A DNA stretch of 64,000 nt from contig SVSJ01000011.1 of NCBI GenBank assembly GCA_015064355.1, positions 596 to 64,595 on the forward strand, written 5' to 3'. The notes beneath the pieces were generated by a model that worked only from the letters and a program-made list of their open reading frames with translations, had not been told where the DNA came from and searched no databases. Each line of letters starts with the position of its first letter. Positions within the stretch are counted from its first letter, which is position 1. The stretch comes from Oscillospiraceae bacterium (GTDB lineage: Bacteria > Bacillota > Clostridia > Oscillospirales > CAG-272). Below are positions 18,360-26,589 of the stretch, one piece after another. Position numbers and translations under genes: made by a program.

Positions 18360-20393
18360 TTAATCTGCTCGAGGCAGGTATCCTTTTACTATATTAGAGT
18401 CTGAGATCTCCCATTTTGTATTGGGGTAATCTCCTTTATTGAAGGAAAGATAGGTGGGGATTCCGGATTCTGTGTAAACACCTTTTGCAACAACTCTCTC
18501 GCAGAGAACGTAAGGCGACAGGGTGCCGATAGTTTCACCCCTTACGTAGTAACAGAGAATTCTCGGGTAGTTATTACCGGCGGGAGCGTTGTATTCGTAA
18601 ATATTCAGTCCGTCTATATACACGTTATGGGGCTGATAGCAGGTGTAACCGAAATCATGCTGGCTGTCGTTGCGGGCGTAAATAATTGAAGGACAGCTAC
18701 TTGAATGATACCAGTCTACGTTTTCGACATAAATGTCACCGTCCCATGTAGCACCGTAGTCTGCACGGAGAATGAAAAGACAGTCATTGTAAACAGTTGA
18801 GTCTTTCAGAATGAAGTCTCCGTGACCGATAAGGTTAACACCGTTTCGGCCGATGGTGGAGTTTTCAATAGTGCAGTTTGTAACGCCCATGTGTGAGTCG
18901 TAACGGTTGAGCCGACAATTCTTAACCACAAAGTCCTTGCAGAAGTTGGTGTTCATGATACCCCATCTGCTCTCGTCAAGAATATCGTTTGTTTGAATTA
19001 CATTATCCAGAGTTGTGTTTGCGCTGTAGTTGATCTGCATACCGTATGTACCCATTGTACCGCCAAATGAATTGTATGCATCAAGCTTAAGGTTCTTGAG
19101 ATTTACGTATGCAGTTTCAATAACAGTAATGAATCCGGAATAAGGAGAGCCTTTACTACCCTCACTGGTGATTTTCATTGTGAGATTCTGTACGGTAGTA
19201 TTGGAACGAACGATCTTAATGTTACGGTAGAAATAGCCCTGGCTGTCATAACGGTTGACCTTGTGAAGGAATGTGCCGCCTTCAATTACCAGGGGATCGT
19301 TTATCTCCTTTGCTTTGCAGGAGGTTATCTCGTCAAAGTTCCATATGATATCGGAAAGAATGTTTCCCTCTGCGTCAACAATAAACGTGTCAGACATTGG
19401 CGTGCTGGCGTCGTAATTAACGTAGCGGCGGAAGTACTGACGAATGTTATCGTTTTCAACGGTAACGAGAAGATCCTGACCCGGAGCGAAGCCCAAGTGC
19501 TTCTGCCCCTTTCTAAGGGAAGTGATCTCAAAATCATCTACGTACTCGTCTCCGTCAACAAGGAAGAGAATATTGTTGTTCTGCCAGGGATTAAGATTTT
19601 TGTCATCTATAATAAAGGTTGCACCTGTCCATGTTGTATCTGTGCGGATCACTGCACAATTTTCTGTTTTGCCAATATAATAAGTAGCACCTTCGTCGGC
19701 AAACACGGGAAGTCCATTAGCGTTTGCATAAGCGTGAGCGGCAATGATGGCGTCAAAGTCATTTGTTACACCGTCACCTACAGCACCAAAGTCGGAATAG
19801 CGAACACAAGGCACTTCTTCCTGCTCATACACAACGGTCTTTTTGCCCTTATTGTAGTTCAGATCAGATGTAACTATAATCAGATCCTTAATCTCGAAGC
19901 ATTTATCCCCGTTAACATCCGCGGATTTCGTCAGGACTTCTTCATATCCCTTGCCGTAAACCGTGTCAGAAGTAAGGATGATCACGTCTTTCACATCCAC
20001 GCTGCCATCGTTGTTGATGTCTCCGGAAATAAGGCGGATATCGGATATCTCTTCGTTGCTGTGTTCGCGCAGATCAACCTTTGTTCTGCCCACCACAACG
20101 TCTTCAATCGTGTACTTGAGATGGCCTGCCTTTGTCACCACAAGGTCATACGTGCCGGCAGCCACATTCTTAATCTCAAACTGCTGTGTTACAAGGTTGT
20201 CGCCCTCTTCCGCGGGGATAGTAGCCGTATACTTTACCAAATCCCCCTCTTTGAGCTCGATTGTCACAGGGTTCCCCGGATTGTAGCTTGTTACACTTCC
20301 GAGAATGCTTACACCTGACGCCGCTCCGCTTACAACAAGCGCAAGGGACAAAACAGTCGCGACCGCAATAAGCAATCCAATAATCTTTTTCAT
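18360..20393 (-). CDS. Beta-helix surface protein, paralogue 4: signal peptide + Ig-like (carboxypeptidase-regulatory-like) domain + dockerin
   Basis: Dockerin Ca-loop pairs GDINNDGSVDVKDVIILTS and ADVNGDKCFEIKDLIIVTS. The preceding segment VTSYNPGNPVTIELK...AGTYDLVVTKAGHLKY is the same cassette as in the ORF at 35250-37259. Same beta-helix core. Confidence 0.7.
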   Translation of the reverse strand: MKKIIGLLIAVATVLSLALVVSGAASGVSILGSVTSYNPGNPVTIELKEGDLVKYTATIPAEEGDNLVTQQFEIKNVAAGTYDLVVTKAGHLKYTIEDVVVGRTKVDLREHSNEEISDIRLISGDINNDGSVDVKDVIILTSDTVYGKGYEEVLTKSADVNGDKCFEIKDLIIVTSDLNYNKGKKTVVYEQEEVPCVRYSDFGAVGDGVTNDFDAIIAAHAYANANGLPVFADEGATYYIGKTENCAVIRTDTTWTGATFIIDDKNLNPWQNNNILFLVDGDEYVDDFEITSLRKGQKHLGFAPGQDLLVTVENDNIRQYFRRYVNYDASTPMSDTFIVDAEGNILSDIIWNFDEITSCKAKEINDPLVIEGGTFLHKVNRYDSQGYFYRNIKIVRSNTTVQNLTMKITSEGSKGSPYSGFITVIETAYVNLKNLKLDAYNSFGGTMGTYGMQINYSANTTLDNVIQTNDILDESRWGIMNTNFCKDFVVKNCRLNRYDSHMGVTNCTIENSTIGRNGVNLIGHGDFILKDSTVYNDCLFILRADYGATWDGDIYVENVDWYHSSSCPSIIYARNDSQHDFGYTCYQPHNVYIDGLNIYEYNAPAGNNYPRILCYYVRGETIGTLSPYVLCERVVAKGVYTESGIPTYLSFNKGDYPNTKWEISDSNIVKGYLPRAD

Positions 20394-20430
20394 AACTCCT
20401 CCGATAATTAACTGATGACACTACAACTAT

Positions 20431-20459
20431 ATTATAGCTATGCCGGAACAATTTTTCAA
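20431..20459 (-). promoter_or_regulatory. Sigma-A-type promoter of paralogue 4
   Basis: On the minus strand: TTGAAA (20459-20454), 17 nt, TATAAT (20436-20431). Confidence 0.6.
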
Positions 20460-20500
20460 GTAGTGAAACAATATTATTGCAATTTTTTCTACTTCAAAAA

Positions 20501-20541
20501 ATCCCCTCCTACGGCTCGGTCGTCTTACCATAGGAGGGGAT
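20501..20541 (-). terminator. Terminator after the cohesin-anchor gene
   Basis: 11-bp stem atcccctccta / taggaggggat, followed on the minus strand by TTTTTT. Confidence 0.65.
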
Positions 20542-20583
20542 GTTATTGGTATTTATTGACTGCGCGTTGTCAAATAGTAAATA

Positions 20584-22362
20584 TTATCTCTTTTTCTTCG
20601 CTACGGTCAGAATGGCAACTATGCCAATGACAGCCACACCAATTATGATTATCAGTGCGAGAGCCCATTTGGGCAAAGAAGTTGAATCATCATTGGGTTC
20701 TGTTGGCTTGTCTGTGGGACCCTTTGCCGGATCGTCAGTGGGTTTGTCTGTAGGATCCTTTGCCGGGTCGTCTGCGGGTTTATCCGTAGGATCCTTTGCC
20801 GGATCGTCCGCGGGATTGTCTGTGTGATCCTTTGCCGGGTCGTCCGCGGGTTTGTCTGTGGGATCCTTCGCCGGGTCGTCTGCGGGTTTATCCGTAGGAT
20901 CCTTTGCCGGATCGTCCGCGGGTTTGTCTGTGGGATCCTTCGTCGGATCATCCGCAGGCTTGTCCGTAGGATCCTTTGCCGGATCGTCTGTGGGTTTGTC
21001 CGTTGGATACTCTACAGGTCTTTCGGTTTCCGGGATGAGCTTATCTATAGCTTCGGTTTTACTCTTATAACAAACTCTGCAAATATATTCTATCAATCCA
21101 TAGTCAGCAGTTGTCGCTTCTTTAATAACAGTTCCGGAGTCCCAATTGTGTTCCTCTGAATTAAAGATTTTTTCGCAAGAGCAAGTATTCCAGTGATGGG
21201 TGGAATCGCTGTCCCACTTATCTGCAGAATAGTTGTGCGTATGTCCAAGAGGAGCTTCCATCACATAGGCACACACAAGACAGACTTGAGCGTTATTTTC
21301 GTCAGCTGCAGGGCCGGGAACGTGTCTCTCCTCTTCAGCCTTCTCGTTACATCTGATGCAGGATCTCCAATGATAATCGTCATCAACTTTCCATTCTCGA
21401 TCAAAACTGTGTCCGATGGGATATCCGTCGGTGAATGTTTCGCTTCCTGCTGCCCCGCATTCACATGACAAATAGTAGGTTGCCTTTTCTGTGCAGGTTG
21501 CGTCAGAAGCCTTGTATCTGTTGGATTTTACCTCTCTGGTGAAATCATGGCCTCGTGCCGTACCGTATTCTTCCCCGCATTTGTCGCAAATTGCCGGAGT
21601 TGTACAGGTTGCGCTTCCGCCTCTGTGCCCGGTCGGATTTCCGTACATAAATGTATCTGTTCCTTTTTCACCGCATTCGCAGGAGAAATAGTACTCCGCA
21701 GGTTCTTCGCAACCGCCGTCGCTCACAAGGTACTCAGGCTCTGCTACTCTTTCGCTGTAGCGGTGGCCGTTAGCCTCACCATAGGTGAAGGTTTCGGTTG
21801 CACTGGCACCACCGCAGCATTTACACGAATAGTAATATTCCGCAGGGCGGGTGCACGTTGCGTCGCTTTTCTTGTATATGTCAGACACTACTTGCTCTGT
21901 GTAGCTGTGCTCGATTACATCACCTCTACCAACGTATACTGTAGCGGATGATGTAGAGATAATATATCCCACGCTAACAGTACCGTCGATCGTGTATGAA
22001 CCCGAGCCAGCTCCGTCTTTTACTTTCAGGATAAAGGAATAAACCGGTCCGTTTACTGTTTCTTTTCCTCTGAAAGCCAAAAGAGCTGCTCCGTTTTTTG
22101 TAACGTCCGGTTCTTCAAGCGCACCGGAAATCAGCCACTGCCCGGTTACGTATTCAAATACATTTTTATCATAAGAAGGAATGATTCCGATGTTTTCTAT
22201 ATCTTCCCCGCCGATTATGCTTACAAGCACCTCAAAAGTTGCTCCAACGTCAACATTTTCTTCTTTCAAGCTAAATGTTCCGTGCTCTGCAGCAAAAACC
22301 GGAAGAGTCAAAATGCCTATCGTTGCGATCAAACACGTCAAAACAAGCAGAGTCTTTTTCAC
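20584..22362 (-). CDS. Membrane-anchored cohesin-domain protein with Cys-rich CCCH modules and a PTDKPADDPAKD stalk
   Basis: GTG at 22362 behind AAGGAG (the ORF-track start at 22398 is rejected). Signal peptide. Cohesin-like FSLKEENVDVGATFEVLVSI...YDKNVFEYVTG...PVYSFILKVKDGAGSGSYTI. At least four modules of type ATCT.PAEYY.SC.CG...GH. About 8.5x a 12-aa repeat. C-terminal TM WALALIIIIGVAVIGIVAILTVAKKKR with no LPXTG. Confidence 0.6.
   Translation of the reverse strand: MKKTLLVLTCLIATIGILTLPVFAAEHGTFSLKEENVDVGATFEVLVSIIGGEDIENIGIIPSYDKNVFEYVTGQWLISGALEEPDVTKNGAALLAFRGKETVNGPVYSFILKVKDGAGSGSYTIDGTVSVGYIISTSSATVYVGRGDVIEHSYTEQVVSDIYKKSDATCTRPAEYYYSCKCCGGASATETFTYGEANGHRYSERVAEPEYLVSDGGCEEPAEYYFSCECGEKGTDTFMYGNPTGHRGGSATCTTPAICDKCGEEYGTARGHDFTREVKSNRYKASDATCTEKATYYLSCECGAAGSETFTDGYPIGHSFDREWKVDDDYHWRSCIRCNEKAEEERHVPGPAADENNAQVCLVCAYVMEAPLGHTHNYSADKWDSDSTHHWNTCSCEKIFNSEEHNWDSGTVIKEATTADYGLIEYICRVCYKSKTEAIDKLIPETERPVEYPTDKPTDDPAKDPTDKPADDPTKDPTDKPADDPAKDPTDKPADDPAKDPTDKPADDPAKDHTDNPADDPAKDPTDKPADDPAKDPTDKPTDDPAKGPTDKPTEPNDDSTSLPKWALALIIIIGVAVIGIVAILTVAKKKR
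20700..21008 (-). repeat. About 8.5 tandem 36-bp units encoding PTDKP(A/T)DDP(A/T)KD
   Basis: Direct reading. The units are in frame. Confidence 0.9.
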
Positions 22363-22500
22363 AATCTTTCTCCTTGGGATAAATATAGTAATACACAATT
22401 ATACTACCTCTTGTCAAACTTTTTTGCAAATGCATTTTATGTCTAAACTGTAAACAAACTGTGTACCGGTGTTATGAGAATATTAATTTTTCGTTTCAAA
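22328..22500 (-). repeat. Duplicated 5' region (leader + first 12 codons), copy 1; copy 2 is at 37225-37397
   Basis: 103 bp are identical (22328-22430 versus 37225-37327). About 70 bp further upstream are looser homology, including tgtaaacaaactgtgta and aatattaatttttcgttt. Confidence 0.85.
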
Positions 22501-22613
22501 AACCTCCGAATCAACCTTTATCCACTAAACATCACATAATAAAGCAATCGTTTTTATTTTCCCCGTCCACTTTCTAATGGTCAAGATAACAGCGTGAAAA
22601 TAGGCTTTTTATC

Positions 22614-22642
22614 TTGACTTTAGAGGGATAATATTATATAAT
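22614..22642 (+). promoter_or_regulatory. Sigma-A-type promoter of the decarboxylase operon
   Basis: TTGACT (22614-22619), 17 nt, TATAAT (22637-22642). It lies about 105 nt upstream of the ATG at 22748. Confidence 0.55.
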
Positions 22643-22747
22643 GATATTTGGTGAGTTTTGGCATAATCTTGATTATTTTGCCTCGCCAAATCTTCAAAAA
22701 AAATATATATTATCATACATCAAAAAACAGCAAAAGGAGATAATGCT

Positions 22748-23074
22748 ATGAATATTTTAGCTTCCGCGGCAGTTGATACAGCCAAGCAACCTGACTACAT
22801 TGCACTCGCATTAGTAGCCCTTATGCTGATCGTTGTTGTGGTCATGGTCATTCGTAAGCATCTCGCATCAAAAAAGCCCGCAGATGCCTTTGTCGTAGAA
22901 GAAAAAGCCTCTGAACAGGCAGCCCCCATTGAACTGGCTCCCGGTTCCGCAGGCTCTCTGAAGCTGAATGACGTGTCCCCCAAGACAGCAGCGCTTCTTA
23001 TGGCTATCGTAGCTAACAAGCTTGACAAGCCCCTCAACGAGCTTCGCTTTATTTCCGTTAAGGAGATCAAATAA
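22748..23074 (+). CDS. OadG-family small membrane subunit of a Na+-translocating decarboxylase
   Basis: A single N-terminal TM (LALVALMLIVVVVMVIRK) and the C-terminal AALLMAIVANKLDKPLNELRFISVKEI typical of OadG-like proteins. It is positioned before the BCCP and beta subunits. Confidence 0.6.
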   Translation: MNILASAAVDTAKQPDYIALALVALMLIVVVVMVIRKHLASKKPADAFVVEEKASEQAAPIELAPGSAGSLKLNDVSPKTAALLMAIVANKLDKPLNELRFISVKEIK

Positions 23075-23076
23075 CC

Positions 23077-23484
23077 ATGAAATTCAAAATCACATTAAAC
23101 GGTAAGAATTACGAAATTGAAGTTGAGACCATAGAGCCTATGACTCTCAGCGAATACACAGCTGAAGTCCCCGTCGTTGAAGCCGCTCCCGTAAACGCCC
23201 CTGCACCTGTCGCAGAAGCAACTGCACCTGCTGCACCTCAAGCAAGCGCAGCTCCCGCAGTATCCGGCGACGGCGAACCTATCAAAGCGCCCATGCCCGG
23301 AACTATCGTGAATGTTAACGTAACCGTCGGACAGGCTGTAAAAGAAGGCGATGTCCTCGTTGTTATTGAGGCAATGAAGATGGAAAACGAAGTAACCTCT
23401 CCTAAGTCCGGCACCGTAACTCAGATCGTTGCTCAAAAGGGCTCGTCTGTTGAGACTGACGCCGTACTGGTTGTTATTAAATAA
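23077..23484 (+). CDS. Biotin carboxyl carrier subunit (biotinyl domain)
   Basis: Ala/Pro linker followed by the VIEAMKMENEV biotinyl-lysine motif. Confidence 0.85.
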   Translation: MKFKITLNGKNYEIEVETIEPMTLSEYTAEVPVVEAAPVNAPAPVAEATAPAAPQASAAPAVSGDGEPIKAPMPGTIVNVNVTVGQAVKEGDVLVVIEAMKMENEVTSPKSGTVTQIVAQKGSSVETDAVLVVIK

Positions 23485-23504
23485 GCGAAAGGACATTTTC
23501 AGTT

Positions 23505-24596
23505 ATGGATATACTCTACAAAAACTTACTGGAGTTCTCGTGGCAAGACATTGTAATGATTGCCATAGGTTGTCTCCTTATATATCTTGCTATCGGCAAG
23601 GAGATGGAGCCCTCACTCCTCCTCCCTATGGGATTTGGTACCATTCTGGTAAATATCCCTTTCTCCGATGCACTGGTTGGTCCCATCTCCGAGCTCTATC
23701 ACGCAGGTATTGCAAATGAGCTCTTCCCCCTCCTTTTGTTCATCGGTATCGGTGCAATGATCGACTTCGGTCCCCTGCTTACCAACCCTAAGCTGATGCT
23801 ATTCGGCGCGGCGGCACAGTTCGGTATCTTCTTTACCCTGTGTATGGCAAGTATGTTCTTCCCTGAAATCGACGCAGCCTCCATCGCTATCATCGGTGCG
23901 GCAGACGGTCCTACCTCCATTGCTGTTGCAAACACCCTCGGTTCCCAGTATGTTGGTGCTATCACCGTTGCGGCTTACTCCTATATGGCTCTCGTACCTA
24001 TTATTCAGCCGCCGGTTATCAAGCTTCTCACAACAAAGGCAGAACGCAAGATCCGTATGCCCTACGAGCAGAAGTCTGTAAGCAAGCTTACAAGAATCAT
24101 GTTCCCCATTATCATCACCATCGTTGCCTCCGCTGTTATTCCTCAGGCAACAGCCCTTATCGGATTCCTTATGTTCGGTAACCTTATCCGTGAGTGCGGT
24201 GTGCTTGATTCTCTCTCCGACACAGCTCAGAAGGTGCTGGCAAACCTTATTACCATTTTCCTCGGTATCTCCGTTGCCTTCAACATGACATCCGAGCAGT
24301 TCCTTAAGCTTGACACCCTTCTCATTCTCGGTCTCGGCCTCGTCGCATTTGTAGTAGACACTGCAGGCGGTGTGCTGTTTGCAAAGCTCATCAACCTGTT
24401 CGCAAAGAAGAAGATCAACCCCATGATCGGTGCCGCAGGTATTTCCGCGTTCCCTATGTCCGGACGTATCGTTCACAAAATGGGACTTGAAGAAGACCCC
24501 CAGAACTTCCTGCTTATGCACTCTATCGGCGTTAACGTTTCAGGTCAGATCGCCTCTGTTATTGCAGGCGGTATCATCCTCAACCTGTTCTCATAA
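23505..24596 (+). CDS. Na+-translocating decarboxylase beta subunit (OadB/MmdB/GcdB family)
   Basis: Polytopic membrane protein. N-terminal IVMIAIGCLLIYLAIGKEMEPSLLLPMGFGTILVNIP matches the family signature as I recall it. Confidence 0.85.
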   Translation: MDILYKNLLEFSWQDIVMIAIGCLLIYLAIGKEMEPSLLLPMGFGTILVNIPFSDALVGPISELYHAGIANELFPLLLFIGIGAMIDFGPLLTNPKLMLFGAAAQFGIFFTLCMASMFFPEIDAASIAIIGAADGPTSIAVANTLGSQYVGAITVAAYSYMALVPIIQPPVIKLLTTKAERKIRMPYEQKSVSKLTRIMFPIIITIVASAVIPQATALIGFLMFGNLIRECGVLDSLSDTAQKVLANLITIFLGISVAFNMTSEQFLKLDTLLILGLGLVAFVVDTAGGVLFAKLINLFAKKKINPMIGAAGISAFPMSGRIVHKMGLEEDPQNFLLMHSIGVNVSGQIASVIAGGIILNLFS

Positions 24597-24623
24597 TTTA
24601 TCGGAAAGTGAGAGTGTAAACAT

Positions 24624-24806
24624 ATGAATTTCTTATATAATATTTTACTTTCTGCAACAAACGAAGTCCTCCCTGACATTACCTTTGATCCGGGCAACTT
24701 CATCTATAACCTGAAATATATGGGAATCGGTATGCTGGTTATCTTCACAGTAATCAGCATCATCATCCTGGCAATCAGCCTGATAAACTACCTGTTCTCC
24801 AAATAA
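24624..24806 (+). CDS. Small single-TM protein, second OadG-like/delta-type subunit candidate
   Basis: 60 aa with one TM (MGIGMLVIFTVISIIILAISLI). It follows the beta subunit directly. Confidence 0.4.
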   Translation: MNFLYNILLSATNEVLPDITFDPGNFIYNLKYMGIGMLVIFTVISIIILAISLINYLFSK

Positions 24807-24864
24807 TTATCGAAGGGGAAATCCCCACCTCATAGTATAAATTGATTTTCAGGGAAGGTTTTAT

Positions 24865-25914
24865 ATGGATATCTTATCTTTTTGGAATCAAATGACAGCA
24901 AATCCCCTCCTGTTTATCGCAGTAATGCTGACCCTCGGCGTTATTCTCGTAAACGGTTGGACAGATGCACCAAACGCCATTGCGACCTGCGTTGTTACAA
25001 GATGTATGTCACCAAGAGCGGCAATTCTTATGGCAGCTCTGTTCAATTTCCTCGGCGTTTTTGTAATGACAATGCTAAACGCAACAGTTGCCGAAACGAT
25101 CACAAAAATGGTTGACTTCGGTGATGACCCGGATCTGGCTGTTATCGCCCTCAGCGCCGCCCTCTTTGCAATCGTACTTTGGGCAACCCTCGCTTGGGTG
25201 TTCGGTATCCCCACCAGTGAAAGCCACGCTCTTATCGCAGGCCTCACCGGTAGTGCAATCGCAATAAACAGCAGCTTACAGGGTGTAAACCCCGCCGAAT
25301 GGGTCAAGGTAGTTTACGGAATCGTGATTTCCGTAGTACTTGGCTTCGGCCTTGGTTGGATCACCTGCAAGCTGACAACACTTCTCTTCAGAAATGCAAA
25401 CCGCCCGAAGACAGAACCTTTCTTCCGCGGTGCACAGATCGCAGGTGCTGCTTATTCCGCATTTATGCACGGTGCCCAGGACGGTCAGAAGTTTATGGGT
25501 ATCATCATTCTCTGTCTGTATATGTCAAATGGCGAACCTCTCCCCCAGAATATGCAGCCCGCTTATTGGATCATGATCCTTTGCTCAGTCGTTATGGCCG
25601 CCGGCACAGCAATGGGTGGTAAGAAGATCATCAAGTCGGTTGGTATGGACATGGTTAAGCTGGAAAAATATCAGGGCTTCTCCGCTGACCTTGCCGCGTC
25701 CACATCCCTCCTTATTTGTTCTCTGCTCAGCCTTCCCGTTTCCACCACACACGCCAAGACTACATCCATCATGGGCGTTGGCGCGGTAAAGCGCGTTTCC
25801 GCAATCAATTTCGGCGTGGTAAAAGAAATGGTACTCACTTGGGTGCTGACCTTCCCCGGCTGCGGTTTGATAGGCTTCTTAATGACAAAGCTGTTTATAC
25901 TCATATTTGCTTAA
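24865..25914 (+). CDS. Inorganic phosphate transporter, PiT family
   Basis: GWTDAPNAIATCV and HGAQDGQKFMG signature motifs in a polytopic protein. Confidence 0.85.
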   Translation: MDILSFWNQMTANPLLFIAVMLTLGVILVNGWTDAPNAIATCVVTRCMSPRAAILMAALFNFLGVFVMTMLNATVAETITKMVDFGDDPDLAVIALSAALFAIVLWATLAWVFGIPTSESHALIAGLTGSAIAINSSLQGVNPAEWVKVVYGIVISVVLGFGLGWITCKLTTLLFRNANRPKTEPFFRGAQIAGAAYSAFMHGAQDGQKFMGIIILCLYMSNGEPLPQNMQPAYWIMILCSVVMAAGTAMGGKKIIKSVGMDMVKLEKYQGFSADLAASTSLLICSLLSLPVSTTHAKTTSIMGVGAVKRVSAINFGVVKEMVLTWVLTFPGCGLIGFLMTKLFILIFA

Positions 25915-25945
25915 ATATACTATATAACGGAAAGGAATACTAACA

Positions 25946-26566
25946 ATGGCTAAAGGCGATAAGTTCTATTTTGATAATTTTATGGAGTGTGCATCTCTTT
26001 CAAAGCAGGCTGCGGAATACCTTGTTTCCTGCCTCGAAAACTTCGATGCAGACAAGATCGAAGAAATGCTTGACACAATGCATTCCTTTGAGCACAGCGC
26101 AGACAAGAAGAAGCACGAGATGAGCGAAGCTCTTGCTAAAGCTTTTGTAACCCCCGTTGACCGCGAAGACCTTGACTTGATGAGCCACCAGCTTGACAAT
26201 GTTCTCGATATTATGGAGGAAGTTCTCCAGAAGCTGTACATCTACGACATCAAGACTATCGAAGCTTCCGCAGTTGAGTATGCCAAGAATCTTGTTCGCA
26301 GCTGTGACCTCCTTTGCTCCATTATGGGCGAGTTTGAAAACTTCAAGAAGTCCAAGAAGATCCACGCTCTCATCGTTGAATGTAACGACGTTGAAGAAGA
26401 ATGTGACAAGCTTTATCTCTCTACTGTACGTGCGATCACCAAGAACTCCTCTGACACACTTGAGAAGCTGAGCTGGTACAAGATCTTCGACTGCTTCGAA
26501 GAATGTGCTGACGCTTGCGAGCACGTTAGTGACTGCGTAGGCTCCATTATTATGAAGAACACCTAA
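25946..26566 (+). CDS. DUF47/PhoU-like phosphate transport regulator partner of PiT
   Basis: 206-aa helical protein with the usual PiT adjacency. HSFEHSADKKKHEM and FVTPVDREDL are typical of the family. Confidence 0.75.
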   Translation: MAKGDKFYFDNFMECASLSKQAAEYLVSCLENFDADKIEEMLDTMHSFEHSADKKKHEMSEALAKAFVTPVDREDLDLMSHQLDNVLDIMEEVLQKLYIYDIKTIEASAVEYAKNLVRSCDLLCSIMGEFENFKKSKKIHALIVECNDVEEECDKLYLSTVRAITKNSSDTLEKLSWYKIFDCFEECADACEHVSDCVGSIIMKNT

Positions 26567-26589
26567 TCAGAAAACATTATACAATAAAA

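Noticed and set aside
19263-20318. Long antisense ORFs: 19263-20318, 56207-57748, 60915-61838, 23799-24521, 48007-48885, 38490-39149, 28553-29434, 32897-33823, 51594-52445, 50511-51149
   Set aside because: Each lies fully inside a well-supported gene on the other strand. They lack an RBS and have odd composition (Cys/Arg/Val-rich). These are typical shadow ORFs.
20540-21159. Plus-strand ORFs (SVGSFAGSSAGL, RRILCRIV) and the minus-strand alternative frame at 20652-20951
   Set aside because: They are shadows of the 36-bp PTDKPADDPAKD repeat.
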